A stretch of DNA of 64,000 bases from an uncultured Pseudomonadota bacterium (lineage in GTDB: Bacteria; Pseudomonadota; Alphaproteobacteria; Rs-D84; CACZYB01): the NCBI GenBank assembly GCA_902785275.1, contig CACZYB010000002.1:1-64000 (forward strand). Direction: 5' to 3'. The position numbers and the translations under genes were made by a program. Under the pieces are notes generated by a model that saw nothing but the letters and a program-made list of their open reading frames with translations, had not been told where the DNA came from and made no database searches. The stretch's first letter is position 1. Each line of letters begins with the position of its first letter. Positions 1-10,044 of the stretch are shown here, piece after piece.

Positions 1-1
1 A

Positions 2-709
2 TCCGAGGAATGTGGAACAAGAACTCGTACAAAGACAACATACTGTAATTCAACAGGAAACACATCTTCAACTGCAAATCCGAAACAAGAAACAGAAACT
101 AGTTCAAAAAGTTGCTCCAATGGATACGAATGTATTTCATCAAAATGCTATGCTCCATGTGAAGCAAACTCCCATCGCTCTGGAACATCGTGTGTATGTA
201 ATGATGGGTATGAAAGGGTTGATAGAGAAAGAAGAAGGAGTGGTATTATAACAATAGTTAGTGAACTTCACGGTTGTTATCCAAAATGTGGAGAATATGC
301 ACATCGTAGTAGTTCTAGTTCTGCTTGTATATGTGATGCGGGATACAAGATGGTAAATGGAAAGTGTGAGGAAATTACTTGTACAATGACATATGAAATT
401 GAATCTTGTGGTTATTCATGGGCGTCTGGAAATTCGAATGGTCATTGTTGGAGTAGAGGACGTACTAAAACTAGAGAGACTGTAACAAAGAAATATGGAG
501 AGAAATTTGAAATTCATTTTAAATCTAGTAAATATAGTTATTGTTATTGTGATTATAATTATGATACATCATCAGGATATTGTGACGGATGTAGATATCT
601 TAACGAATTAAGTAATAATGGATTTACTAGGAGTACATTGAAAAATTATTGGGGAGGAAGTCATCGTACTGAAGATAATTATTATGAATATACTTGTACA
701 GGTGAATAA
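2..709 (+). CDS. 3' part of a Cys-rich (TSP1/EGF-like) surface or secreted protein, 5'-truncated by the window
   Basis: Frame 2 is open from base 2 into the listed 350..709 ORF: SEECGTRTRTKTTYC...CVCNDGYE...CICDAGYKMVNGKCE; followed by a terminator. Confidence 0.75.
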   Translation, partial: SEECGTRTRTKTTYCNSTGNTSSTANPKQETETSSKSCSNGYECISSKCYAPCEANSHRSGTSCVCNDGYERVDRERRRSGIITIVSELHGCYPKCGEYAHRSSSSSACICDAGYKMVNGKCEEITCTMTYEIESCGYSWASGNSNGHCWSRGRTKTRETVTKKYGEKFEIHFKSSKYSYCYCDYNYDTSSGYCDGCRYLNELSNNGFTRSTLKNYWGGSHRTEDNYYEYTCTGE

Positions 710-758
710 CAGATTAAACTTTACTATATTTGGAATGTTTGAAAATTTTTTTTGTATA

Positions 759-794
759 AAAAAGTCCCCATCAATTTCTTGGTGGGGATTTTTA
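759..794 (+). terminator. Rho-independent terminator, probably bidirectional
   Basis: AAAAAGTCCCCATC...GGTGGGGATTTTT hairpin between convergent genes. Confidence 0.7.
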
Positions 795-816
795 TTATTT
801 CAGTGTGAATTTCTTT

Positions 817-891
817 TGTCATTCCAGTGTCAAGCGCTAGAATGACGGGGAGGTGTGAATATGGATTCCAGTGCCAGCTACTTAAATGACA
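817..891. repeat. Short palindromic element (REP/RPE/WPE-like)
   Basis: GTCATTCCAGTG-TCAAG-CGCTAGAATGAC imperfect palindrome plus second unit TGGATTCCAGTGCCAGCTACTTAAATGACA. Confidence 0.5.
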
Positions 892-921
892 GGTGCTGTC
901 GGTGGATGATAGTATAGGTAT

Positions 922-3876
922 TTAACATCCCTCTTTTATTAACTCCAATATTGTTTCCTGATCTGTGTATGGAATATTCTTTGTACCAAAAGTTACATAG
1001 TCCTCGTGTCCCTTTCCGGCAACCAAAATCACATCATTTTCTTTTGAAATTTCCATTGCTTTTTTTATCGCATCACGACGACCAGTCTTTATTTCAATCG
1101 CTTCTGGACAATATTTTAAAATATCGTTACGGATTTTTTGTGGATCCTCACCCCTTGGCGAATCATCAGTCAAAATAGAAACATCCGCGTACTTATGTGT
1201 TACTGTTCCAAGCTCGAACCTACGGGTGTTTGCCTCATAAATATCACCGCAAGTACTGAACACATTGATAATCCTGCCACCTTCTTTTAACATAGGGCGA
1301 AGGGTTTTAAGAGTATTTTCCAATGCTTCTCCCTTATAAGCAAAATCGACATAAATGCTTGCGCCGGATTTTGTCTTTCCCATATATTCAAGACGACCAA
1401 GGGCGTTTCTTACTTGTGAAAGAAGTGGTATTGCCTGTTCCCAATTTGGTGTTGTCGCAATAACCATACCCAATGCGCAAAGGAGGTTGTTAAGCTGGAA
1501 TGAACCAAGGATTTTTAAATCTAAGTGATACTTTTTACCAAAGATTTCAACATCGGCAACTTGACCTTCCAAACTTGTTGTTTGGTTGATGATTTTAAGT
1601 TCGGTTCCCTTTCTACCATAAGAGAAAACCTTTACACCACGGCTATCGCAAATATCTTTTAAGTATTGATACTCTGGCACATCAGCATTCAAAACTGCGG
1701 TTCCGTTTTTATCAAGGTTTTCACGGAAAAGTTTTGACTTTGATTTAAGGTATGCGTCATAGCTTCCATAAAATTCAAGATGGTCGGTTCCAAGGTTTGT
1801 AAATCCAGCCGCAGAAATCTTTATATTTTCCATACGAAGCTGATCAAGGCCATGACTTGATAACTCAATTGCACCATTTTCAACACCATACTTTTCTTTG
1901 AAGTATTTAAGGAACTTATACGCCTCACCATTACCAGGTGTTGTGTGGTCGGCATCACTGAACTTTACAATAGATTTTCGGCTGTAAACATTTTCTGCGA
2001 TAATACCAATTGTTCCAATACTTATTGTTGGAAGTGAAAGCAAGCCCCAAATTTGGCGTGTGAAATCAACAACCGAAGATTTACCACTGGTTCCTGTTAT
2101 CGCACAAATTGTTTCTGGCTGTTTTTTATCATAGAATGTAAACACCAAATCGGCCAAAGCCTTTCTTGTATTTTCAGTTCTTATAACAACAATATTTTTT
2201 TCAGAGATAAGAGCCTTTGTTTTTTCATCAAATTCGTATGATGGTTCAATAACAACAGCCTTTGCCCCCTTTGTTATTGCATCGAATGAGTAATTAGCAC
2301 CGTTCTGTGCAAAACCCTTTATACCAACAAAAATACTTCCATCAATAATAGTTTTTGAATCGCATGATACAAGGTGTATAGGAGTATCGGTTGCACCTTC
2401 TGTATCATATCCGGCTTCTTTCAAAAGAGTATTCAAAGGTTTTGATGAAAGCTGTAATTTCTTACGAATAAACTCTTTATCCTTTTCATACATTGTACCA
2501 CAAATGATGATTGAATCCCAATCTCTGGATGTATCAATAATTTCATTTATTGCATCGTAACGATTCGGAATAACCCTTGCTTTTGGACAATATTTTACCA
2601 AAGTTTTTCTGATATTTTCAGGATCTTCGGTTCTTGGATTATCATCAACGATAACAACTGTATCGGCATATTGATTTAAAACCTTTCCCATTTCGATACG
2701 GCGAATATCCGGTCTGTCGCCACTGCAACCTGCTATACAAATAAGGTTGTGTTTCACATAAGGACGAAACTCTGTCAAAAGCTTTTTAAGTCCGTCACCA
2801 TTATGACCGAAATCAACATAAATTTTTGCACCATTAGGTGTTGTCGCAACATATTCGATACGTCCCTTTTCATTCTTTATACTTGAAACAAATGGAATAA
2901 CCTTTTCCCATTCCTTATATGAAGAAATAAACATTCCAAGAGCGCACATAAAATTATATACCTGGAACTTTGTAACAAGGTTTAATGTTAAATCGTAAAT
3001 CTTATCAAATATTGATAAAGTAATTTCTTGCTTGTCTTGAACAATTTCATATTTCTTAAGACATATATCAGCATTTTCACTTTCACCATAGGTGATGACA
3101 TTTACACCACGACCTTTGCATACATCAAAAACGGTTTGACCTCTTTCATCATCAATATTTATAACCGCAGTACCGTTTTTATCAAGAAGTTCAGAAAACA
3201 AACGAAGCTTTGCATTGAAATAATCATCAACAGTTTTGTGATAGTCTAAATGATCATTCGAAATATTTGTAAAGCCAGCAGTTATAATCTTTACACTGTC
3301 GGCACGATGTTGTTCTATACCATGACTGGAAGTTTCAATCGCAACATTTTTCACACCTGATTGTGTAAGGCTATCCAAATTTTTGTGCAAATCAATCGCA
3401 TCCGGAGTAGTCAAAGTTTTTCCACCAACACCATCTGATGTGTGAATACCAACTGTACCAATAGATGCAGAATTGATATTAACAAATTCCCACATCTGGC
3501 GTACGAAATTTACAACCGAGCTTTTACCATTTGTACCAGTTACCGCACAAACAAAATCTGGTTGTAATGGATAAAAAGTACTTGCGATAACAGATTCTAC
3601 CAAACGAATATTATCAACGAAAATAAATGGAACATTTTTATAGTTTTCGGTGTTCACACATTCTTTGTTTTCCTTATCTGTTAAGATTGCAACGGCACCA
3701 TTTTTTATTGCCATATCAATAAAGTCCGCACCATTAACCTTTGTTCCCTTTATTGCAATAAAAAGACTTCCATCAATAACCTTTGTGGAATTATTCTCAA
3801 CAGATTTTATTTCTAAATCCAAATTTTTGTTTTCAATATCGTATGAAATATTTTCTAATAATTTAGCAAGTAACAT
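922..3876 (-). CDS. murE: Tandem MurE-MurE Mur ligase fusion (984 aa)
   Basis: Two complete MurE modules: GTNGKSS/TTP/ETSSHG/DHLDYH/DDNPR and GTSGKSS/TTP/ELSSHG/DHLEFY/DDSPR/AGKGHE. Confidence 0.85.
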   Translation of the reverse strand: MLLAKLLENISYDIENKNLDLEIKSVENNSTKVIDGSLFIAIKGTKVNGADFIDMAIKNGAVAILTDKENKECVNTENYKNVPFIFVDNIRLVESVIASTFYPLQPDFVCAVTGTNGKSSVVNFVRQMWEFVNINSASIGTVGIHTSDGVGGKTLTTPDAIDLHKNLDSLTQSGVKNVAIETSSHGIEQHRADSVKIITAGFTNISNDHLDYHKTVDDYFNAKLRLFSELLDKNGTAVINIDDERGQTVFDVCKGRGVNVITYGESENADICLKKYEIVQDKQEITLSIFDKIYDLTLNLVTKFQVYNFMCALGMFISSYKEWEKVIPFVSSIKNEKGRIEYVATTPNGAKIYVDFGHNGDGLKKLLTEFRPYVKHNLICIAGCSGDRPDIRRIEMGKVLNQYADTVVIVDDNPRTEDPENIRKTLVKYCPKARVIPNRYDAINEIIDTSRDWDSIIICGTMYEKDKEFIRKKLQLSSKPLNTLLKEAGYDTEGATDTPIHLVSCDSKTIIDGSIFVGIKGFAQNGANYSFDAITKGAKAVVIEPSYEFDEKTKALISEKNIVVIRTENTRKALADLVFTFYDKKQPETICAITGTSGKSSVVDFTRQIWGLLSLPTISIGTIGIIAENVYSRKSIVKFSDADHTTPGNGEAYKFLKYFKEKYGVENGAIELSSHGLDQLRMENIKISAAGFTNLGTDHLEFYGSYDAYLKSKSKLFRENLDKNGTAVLNADVPEYQYLKDICDSRGVKVFSYGRKGTELKIINQTTSLEGQVADVEIFGKKYHLDLKILGSFQLNNLLCALGMVIATTPNWEQAIPLLSQVRNALGRLEYMGKTKSGASIYVDFAYKGEALENTLKTLRPMLKEGGRIINVFSTCGDIYEANTRRFELGTVTHKYADVSILTDDSPRGEDPQKIRNDILKYCPEAIEIKTGRRDAIKKAMEISKENDVILVAGKGHEDYVTFGTKNIPYTDQETILELIKEGC

Positions 3877-4005
3877 TTATCTTATCCCTTCATATTAATA
3901 CCATAGTATTTTATAGGAAAAAATATAACTAATCAATAGAAAGTTTTTCTTGTATATTTATTGAAAAAAATGTAAAATCAAACCTTGAAAAAAGGGGTTA
4001 TTATT

Positions 4006-5184
4006 ATGAAAAATTTTGAAAATTATGATGTAATCAGAGTTTTTGATGAAAAAGCTTTTGATGATAATGTAAAAAAGGCAAAAAAAATTTTTGGCTCAAA
4101 GCTTGGGGTTGTAATAAAATCTAATTCTTATGGTATAGGTATTGAAAAAACTTTGCCAATTTTTGAAAAGAATAAAATTTCAAATTTTTTCTGTCAGGAT
4201 ATTATTGAGGCATTAAATGCAAAATCGATTATTTCCAACCCTGATGCAAATGTATATACCTTTGCCGGCGTACAAAAAGGTCAGGAAAAAACATTTGCAG
4301 AAAATAAAATTATTCCAATTTGTATAAATCTTGATCAAATCAAAAATTATAACGAAGTACTTAAAAAATTAAAGAAAACCGCAAAAATCGGTATACATTT
4401 TGATACAGGTATGAACCGTACCGGTCTTTCATTAGTTGAGGTAGAGGAGCTTTCAAAAAATTTTAAGACATTAACTTCAAACCTTGATGTCGTTTTGTAT
4501 ATAAGTCACCTTCACAGCTCTTATACAAAAAAAGATAGGGCGAACGATGCACAACTTGCATGTTTCAAAAAGATGACTTCTATGCTTCCAAAGGCAAAAT
4601 TAAGCCTTTCTGCAACTGGTGGTTCGTTCCGTCTTCCATTAGATTATCATTTTGATTTACTAAGGGTAGGTTACGGTATCTATGGTGTTCTTCGTGAAAT
4701 GAAACCTGTTATTTCTATATATGCAAAAATTTTGCAAATTCGTGATGTATGTAAGGGGGCATCTATTGGTTATTTCGGTGGATACATGGCTCCTAAAAAT
4801 ATGAAAGTTGCCATTTTAAATATTGGTTATAAGGATGGTTATTCAAGAAGCTTAAGCCATACAAATAAATGGAAAGATAAGATTCGTGCAATGCTTAAAA
4901 GTGGTGCAAACTTTGCAACATCTTATATGGTAATTGATGGAAAGTATAAATGTCCAGTTGTTGGTATTATTTCCATGAATAATACAATAATTGATGTTTC
5001 CAATGTCCCAGAAAATATTTTGAAAAAATCTTTGTGGGCAGAAGTTATTGGTAAAAATGCAAATCTTATGGATTTTCGTGAAGCTAATGGTTTTATTCCA
5101 TGCGATTTGTTGACATCACTTTTGCAACAAAATCCAAATGCAGTTGATATGGATACAAAAGAATTTCAAAAGCTTAAAATTTAA
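4006..5184 (+). CDS. alr: Alanine racemase family PLP enzyme (divergent)
   Basis: VIKSNSYGIG (PLP Lys), HFDTGMNRTG, SIGYFG (catalytic Tyr), IGYKDGY; ATG 4006 follows AAGGGG. Confidence 0.75.
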   Translation: MKNFENYDVIRVFDEKAFDDNVKKAKKIFGSKLGVVIKSNSYGIGIEKTLPIFEKNKISNFFCQDIIEALNAKSIISNPDANVYTFAGVQKGQEKTFAENKIIPICINLDQIKNYNEVLKKLKKTAKIGIHFDTGMNRTGLSLVEVEELSKNFKTLTSNLDVVLYISHLHSSYTKKDRANDAQLACFKKMTSMLPKAKLSLSATGGSFRLPLDYHFDLLRVGYGIYGVLREMKPVISIYAKILQIRDVCKGASIGYFGGYMAPKNMKVAILNIGYKDGYSRSLSHTNKWKDKIRAMLKSGANFATSYMVIDGKYKCPVVGIISMNNTIIDVSNVPENILKKSLWAEVIGKNANLMDFREANGFIPCDLLTSLLQQNPNAVDMDTKEFQKLKI

Positions 5185-6142
5185 TTAAAAAGTCGTTTGA
5201 TTCTTTTTCTTATTGAACGGAATAGCTTGAAAATAGTTTTTCTAAAACTAAGGAAAATAATCCTTTCTATATTTAAAGCTATATAAACAAACGGTGTGAA
5301 AATTTTATATTTCCCAAGTAAGAATTTTAAATCATCCACACTTTTGTAATTTCTGATAATAAGAATAGATTTTTTTATCATATCATCGACATCAACTCCC
5401 ATACGTTTCGCATGGTTTGTGATAAGATTTTCATTGTAATCTGGATATCGTTTTTCAAAACCTTTAAAACAAAGTAAACTTTCATCTGGCTGTGTACGTG
5501 TAAAAAACGAAGTCTTAAGCAAAAATCCATTTTGCTTCATAATTTTGTTTGGATAGTATGCAGTAGCATTTTTTATAAATGTAGTATATTTGAATCCAAG
5601 CTTCATAAGAAGTTGAGATAAACCTTTTTCATATTTTATAAGGATATCATCTTTTGATTGTAAATGTTCAACATTTTCGAAAAATTTCTGAAACTTTTTA
5701 TTGGTAAAAACATTTTTCTTAAATACAAAAAAGAACGATTGAATGTGACGTCTATTTTTGCTTTTATTTTTATTTTCTGTATACCCTAAAATATCATACT
5801 GGCTTTTATCGAAATCTGTTGTGCAAAGTTTTTCAATATCATAAAATGGACCATAGCAAGAGTCATTTACAAGAATAAGTCTTTCATACTTTGCAACATT
5901 TTTCCAACCAATTTTTTTGAAAAGTTCGGACCAAGAACCGAAATCATACTTACCATGACGATATGCATCAGCGTAAATTGCGTAATTTTTTACCCTTGAC
6001 ACCCCCCCGTTTTTGTCAAAATACAGTCCGCCAAATAGTAAACATCACAAAATTTTGAATAACGCTTTAGCGCATCGACAACGTAATCATCTATTTTACC
6101 AAATTTATCATAACCAACATAAAGGCAAAGAGTTTTCTTCAT
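5181..6142 (-). pseudogene. Rhamnan synthesis F (RgpF)-like protein, frameshifted at a G7 tract
   Basis: ATG 6142 (TAATG overlap with ctpA stop) gives MKKTLCLYVGYDKFGKIDDYVV...TKTGG then stop; the other frame continues with YDFGSW, LVNDSCYGP, HIQSFF, YEKGLS. Confidence 0.75.
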
Positions 6143-7605
6143 TACTTTGCCTTTTTATCAGTATTGATTTTTACAGGTGCGGGCTTTACACTAGTATTTG
6201 CCTTTATAGTTGTTTTTACGGGTGCAGGTTTAGTTGCCTTTTTCACAGGCTTTACATTAAATCTTTCACCATATACAGCCAAAGCTTTTACCATATCAAC
6301 GGCACGGTTAAGTTGATAATCATTTTTATCACGTTCTTCTTCTTGCTTTTCACGTTCAGCTTTAGCATACTTTTTGATAATTGAGTTGTCCTTTGTGTCG
6401 TTTTTAAGGGCATTAGTCAAAGTTTCTTCAGAGAAAAGTCTGTCTTCTTTTACTTCCTCAATCTTTGCTCGATTAACTTCAACATCTGGTTCAATACCAT
6501 CTGCCTGTATCGAACGACCACTTGGAGTGTAATATCTTGCAGTTGTAATCTTAAGTGCAATATCACCAATAGGAATAAGTGTTTGAACCGAACCCTTACC
6601 ATAAGATTTTGTTCCAATCAAAACTGCACGTCTGTGATCTTGCAATGCACCAGCAACAATTTCCGCAGCCGATGCCGAAGCGCCATTTATAATCACAACC
6701 AAAGGCTTGTTGTCTAAAACATCGCCCTCTGATGCAAAGAATACACGGCTTGCATTTTCTTGACGTGCCATAATAGAAACAATTTCACCTTCATTCAAAA
6801 ATGCATCAGAAATTTTTACCGCCTGATCAAGAAGTCCACCAGTATTGTTTCTTAAATCAAGTATGAAACCCAAAACTTTTGGATTTTCGGATTTGATTTT
6901 CTTAATTGCTTTTACCATATCATTGTATGAATTTTCATTGAATGTAGAAAGACGAACATATCCCACAGAGTTATCTGCCTTCATTTTTGATTTTACTGGT
7001 TCTGTACGAATAATATCGCGGGTAACAGTAATATCCAATGGTTCAGAGTTTTCACGGAAAATTTTAAGCTTTACTTTTGTGCCTGGTTTTCCCTTCATAC
7101 GCTTAATTGCTTCTTGTAAGGTAAGACCTTGAACTTGGACACCATCAATGTGGGTAATCAAATCACCCGCTTCAACACCCGCCTTGAATGCAGGGCTGTC
7201 ATCAAGTGGAGAAATAACCTTAATAACACCTTTATCCATTGTAACTTCGATACCAAGTCCACCGAATGAACCAGAAGTTTGTTCGTTCATATTATTAAAG
7301 TCATCTTCGTTCAAAAAGCTTGAGTGAGGGTCAAGTTTTGATAACATTCCATCAATCGCATTTTCAATTAATTTTTTATTATCAACTTCATCAACGTATC
7401 TGTCTTTTGTTATTTCGAATGCTTTACCGAAAAGTTCTAACATTTCGTAAACATCAGCATCTTTTTTTGCGGTATTAGCCTTTGATTTAGATGCAGCCCC
7501 AGTTTTTTTCGAACTAGATATTTCATACGAAACAATCGATGCACCGAAAAATACAAAAGCCAATAATGTAAATAATTTTGTGAATGAAGAATGTTTTTGA
7601 GCCAT
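6142..7605 (-). CDS. ctpA: Carboxyl-terminal processing protease (S41)
   Basis: LDPHS, GLGIEV (PDZ), DLRNNTGG, SASAAEIVAGALQD, GKGSVQ. Confidence 0.92.
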   Translation of the reverse strand: MAQKHSSFTKLFTLLAFVFFGASIVSYEISSSKKTGAASKSKANTAKKDADVYEMLELFGKAFEITKDRYVDEVDNKKLIENAIDGMLSKLDPHSSFLNEDDFNNMNEQTSGSFGGLGIEVTMDKGVIKVISPLDDSPAFKAGVEAGDLITHIDGVQVQGLTLQEAIKRMKGKPGTKVKLKIFRENSEPLDITVTRDIIRTEPVKSKMKADNSVGYVRLSTFNENSYNDMVKAIKKIKSENPKVLGFILDLRNNTGGLLDQAVKISDAFLNEGEIVSIMARQENASRVFFASEGDVLDNKPLVVIINGASASAAEIVAGALQDHRRAVLIGTKSYGKGSVQTLIPIGDIALKITTARYYTPSGRSIQADGIEPDVEVNRAKIEEVKEDRLFSEETLTNALKNDTKDNSIIKKYAKAEREKQEEERDKNDYQLNRAVDMVKALAVYGERFNVKPVKKATKPAPVKTTIKANTSVKPAPVKINTDKKAK

Positions 7606-7717
7606 AATAAATCTCCCTTTGTTTTATATAATTAAAACATAAAATAAGTATAAATGCAACAATCTTCACATACTTTTTCAAATATGTGTAAAAGTGTTTC
7701 AAAGTGTTGCATATTTT

Positions 7718-8629
7718 TTAAGGATTTTCAAGTTTTCTTGAACCGATAATTTTTATTTCGTATTCAAGCATTATTCCAAATTTTTCATAAACCATCAATC
7801 TTACTTTTTCCGCCAAATCCTCAATATCAGCAGATGTTGCATTGTCTTCATTTACAATGAAGTTTGCGTGAACAGGGGATACAACTGCACCACCCAATTT
7901 CATCCCCTGACAACCAGCTTCTTTAATAAGCTTCCATGCAGGATGTTCTGTACTTGGGTTTTTAAAAGTAGAACCAGTTGTTTTTGTATATGTTGGTTGT
8001 ACTGAATCTTTTTTGGTTTTTATTTCATCCATTTTTTTAAGGATTTCTTCTTTCTTACCGGCAACACCCTTAATTACAACAGATGTGAAAACCCAACGTG
8101 AAGAAATATTGGATTTACGATAAGAAAAACCACATTCATCTAAAGAGAAAGTCTTTTTTTCACCATTTATTTTATCAATAGCATCAACTGATACAACAAT
8201 ATCTTTCATTTCACCGCCAAAACAACCGGCATTTGTAAGTATTGCACCACCAATAGTACCAGGGATACCAAACAAAAATTCCATCCCAGAAATATTGTTT
8301 TCAGCACAAAACTTTGAAATTGCAATACTTGATGTAAATGCACCACATCTTATTGTAGTATCATCGATTTTTTCAATTTGTGAAAAGTTATCATTTTGAA
8401 GTCTTATCACAATACCATTCAAAACACCATCACGAATTAGTACATTGGAACCAAATCCAATTATGTGTATAGGCATATCCTTAGGAGCCTTTTTCAAAAA
8501 ATTTGAAAGGTCATCAACATCGCGTGGGGAAAAGTAAACTTCAGCCACACCACCAGTCTTAAATCTTGTTAAACTAGCAAGTTCGTAATCTTCAAGTAAT
8601 TCGCCTTTTACTTTTGGTAAATCTTTCAT
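7718..8629 (-). CDS. murB: UDP-N-acetylenolpyruvoylglucosamine reductase
   Basis: GFGSNVL, IPGTIGGA, FSYRKS, GSTFKNP, HANF. Confidence 0.95.
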   Translation of the reverse strand: MKDLPKVKGELLEDYELASLTRFKTGGVAEVYFSPRDVDDLSNFLKKAPKDMPIHIIGFGSNVLIRDGVLNGIVIRLQNDNFSQIEKIDDTTIRCGAFTSSIAISKFCAENNISGMEFLFGIPGTIGGAILTNAGCFGGEMKDIVVSVDAIDKINGEKKTFSLDECGFSYRKSNISSRWVFTSVVIKGVAGKKEEILKKMDEIKTKKDSVQPTYTKTTGSTFKNPSTEHPAWKLIKEAGCQGMKLGGAVVSPVHANFIVNEDNATSADIEDLAEKVRLMVYEKFGIMLEYEIKIIGSRKLENP

Positions 8630-8639
8630 AATAAGCTTT

Positions 8640-10043
8640 CTATTTTGTTAGTAAATCTGGTAAATCATAAATGTAATGTTTTATGCTTCCAGCACCAAGT
8701 GACACAATTATATCACCAGATTTTGCATTTGACAATATAATCTCAGTGATTTCATTGAACTTGTTGATTTTAAAGGATTTTTTTTCACCAAGTTTCAACA
8801 TTGCCTCGTAAAAATCATCATGTGTCTTCATATTATCCGAAGATTCTCCAGCCGCATAAACTGGCATACAGATAACATAGTCTGCATTGTTAAAACATTT
8901 TAAAAAACTTTCGAATAAGTCTGTTAATCTTGAATATCTGTGTGGTTGGAATATTGCAAAAATCTTTTTATCCTTTGCAATACCACGAGCCATAGCAAGA
9001 GTTGTTTCAATTTCCTTTGGATGATGACCATAATCATCGAAAATGGTAATACCATTAACTTCCGCAACCTTTGTAAATCTGTGCTGTGTTCCGGTAAATT
9101 CCTTAACTCCGGCCAAAATCTTTTCATCAGAAATATTTAAAAACTTTGCAATAGCAATAGATGCCAAAGAATTAAGTACATTATGTTTTCCGAAAAGTGG
9201 TAATGAAAAACCTTTAATAACTTTTCCATCAGCAAACTTTACATCAAAATGTGAACCATTTGTATCAAAAGAAATATTTTCAGCCATAATATCGGCCTTG
9301 TTATCAATACCGTATGTTATAACATTTTTTTTACCAATAACTTCGTTTGCAAGCTCCAATGCAATAGGGTGATCAGCACATGCAACAACCAAACCATCCG
9401 CTGGAACTCTTCCAATAAAATCTCTGAAATAATTTTTAAGGTTATCAAATGTCTTATAATATTCCATGTGTTCAGCATCAATATTTGTAACCACAGCAAT
9501 ATCAGTTGTATAATGTTTTATATTACCAAAAGCTTCACATGCTTCGGCAACAATATAATCGCCACTACCAACCTTTGCATTTGAACCATATCTATTCATA
9601 ATACCGCCATCAATGATTGTTGAATCAAATCCAGCAACATCAAGCATAGTACCAACGAAAGAAGTAGTTGTTGTTTTTCCGTGCGTTCCAGAAATAGCAA
9701 TAGATTTTTTAAGTGTAAATACATATTGAAGCATTTCGGCACGTTCAATAATAGGAAGCCCACGTTTTTTTGCCTCTACCATTTCAACATTATTTTCAGG
9801 TACAGCAGAAGAAAATACAACATAATCTGCACCATCAATGTTTTCAGCCTTATGTCCGACAAAAACCTTTGCTCCCATATTCTTAAGGGCAAGCATATTT
9901 TCGCCCTCAACTTCATTTGAACCTTGAACACAAAAACCAGTTTTAAAAAGAACTTCAGCAATAGAACTCATTCCAATGCCATCAATACCAATAAAGTGGA
10001 AAACTTTTGATTTTGAAAGCTCTTTTAAATTCATATCTAACAA
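8640..10043 (-). CDS. murC: UDP-N-acetylmuramate--L-alanine ligase
   Basis: FIGIDGIGMS, GTHGKTTTTS, DDYGHHPKEI, FQPHRYSR; dcw position. Confidence 0.93.
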   Translation of the reverse strand: MLDMNLKELSKSKVFHFIGIDGIGMSSIAEVLFKTGFCVQGSNEVEGENMLALKNMGAKVFVGHKAENIDGADYVVFSSAVPENNVEMVEAKKRGLPIIERAEMLQYVFTLKKSIAISGTHGKTTTTSFVGTMLDVAGFDSTIIDGGIMNRYGSNAKVGSGDYIVAEACEAFGNIKHYTTDIAVVTNIDAEHMEYYKTFDNLKNYFRDFIGRVPADGLVVACADHPIALELANEVIGKKNVITYGIDNKADIMAENISFDTNGSHFDVKFADGKVIKGFSLPLFGKHNVLNSLASIAIAKFLNISDEKILAGVKEFTGTQHRFTKVAEVNGITIFDDYGHHPKEIETTLAMARGIAKDKKIFAIFQPHRYSRLTDLFESFLKCFNNADYVICMPVYAAGESSDNMKTHDDFYEAMLKLGEKKSFKINKFNEITEIILSNAKSGDIIVSLGAGSIKHYIYDLPDLLTK

Positions 10044-10044
10044 T

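Noticed and set aside
12-251. Listed 79-aa ORF
   Set aside because: Off-frame overlap of the Cys-rich frame 2..709
6013-6384. 123-aa + strand ORF
   Set aside because: Antisense to ctpA and to the RgpF-like N-terminus
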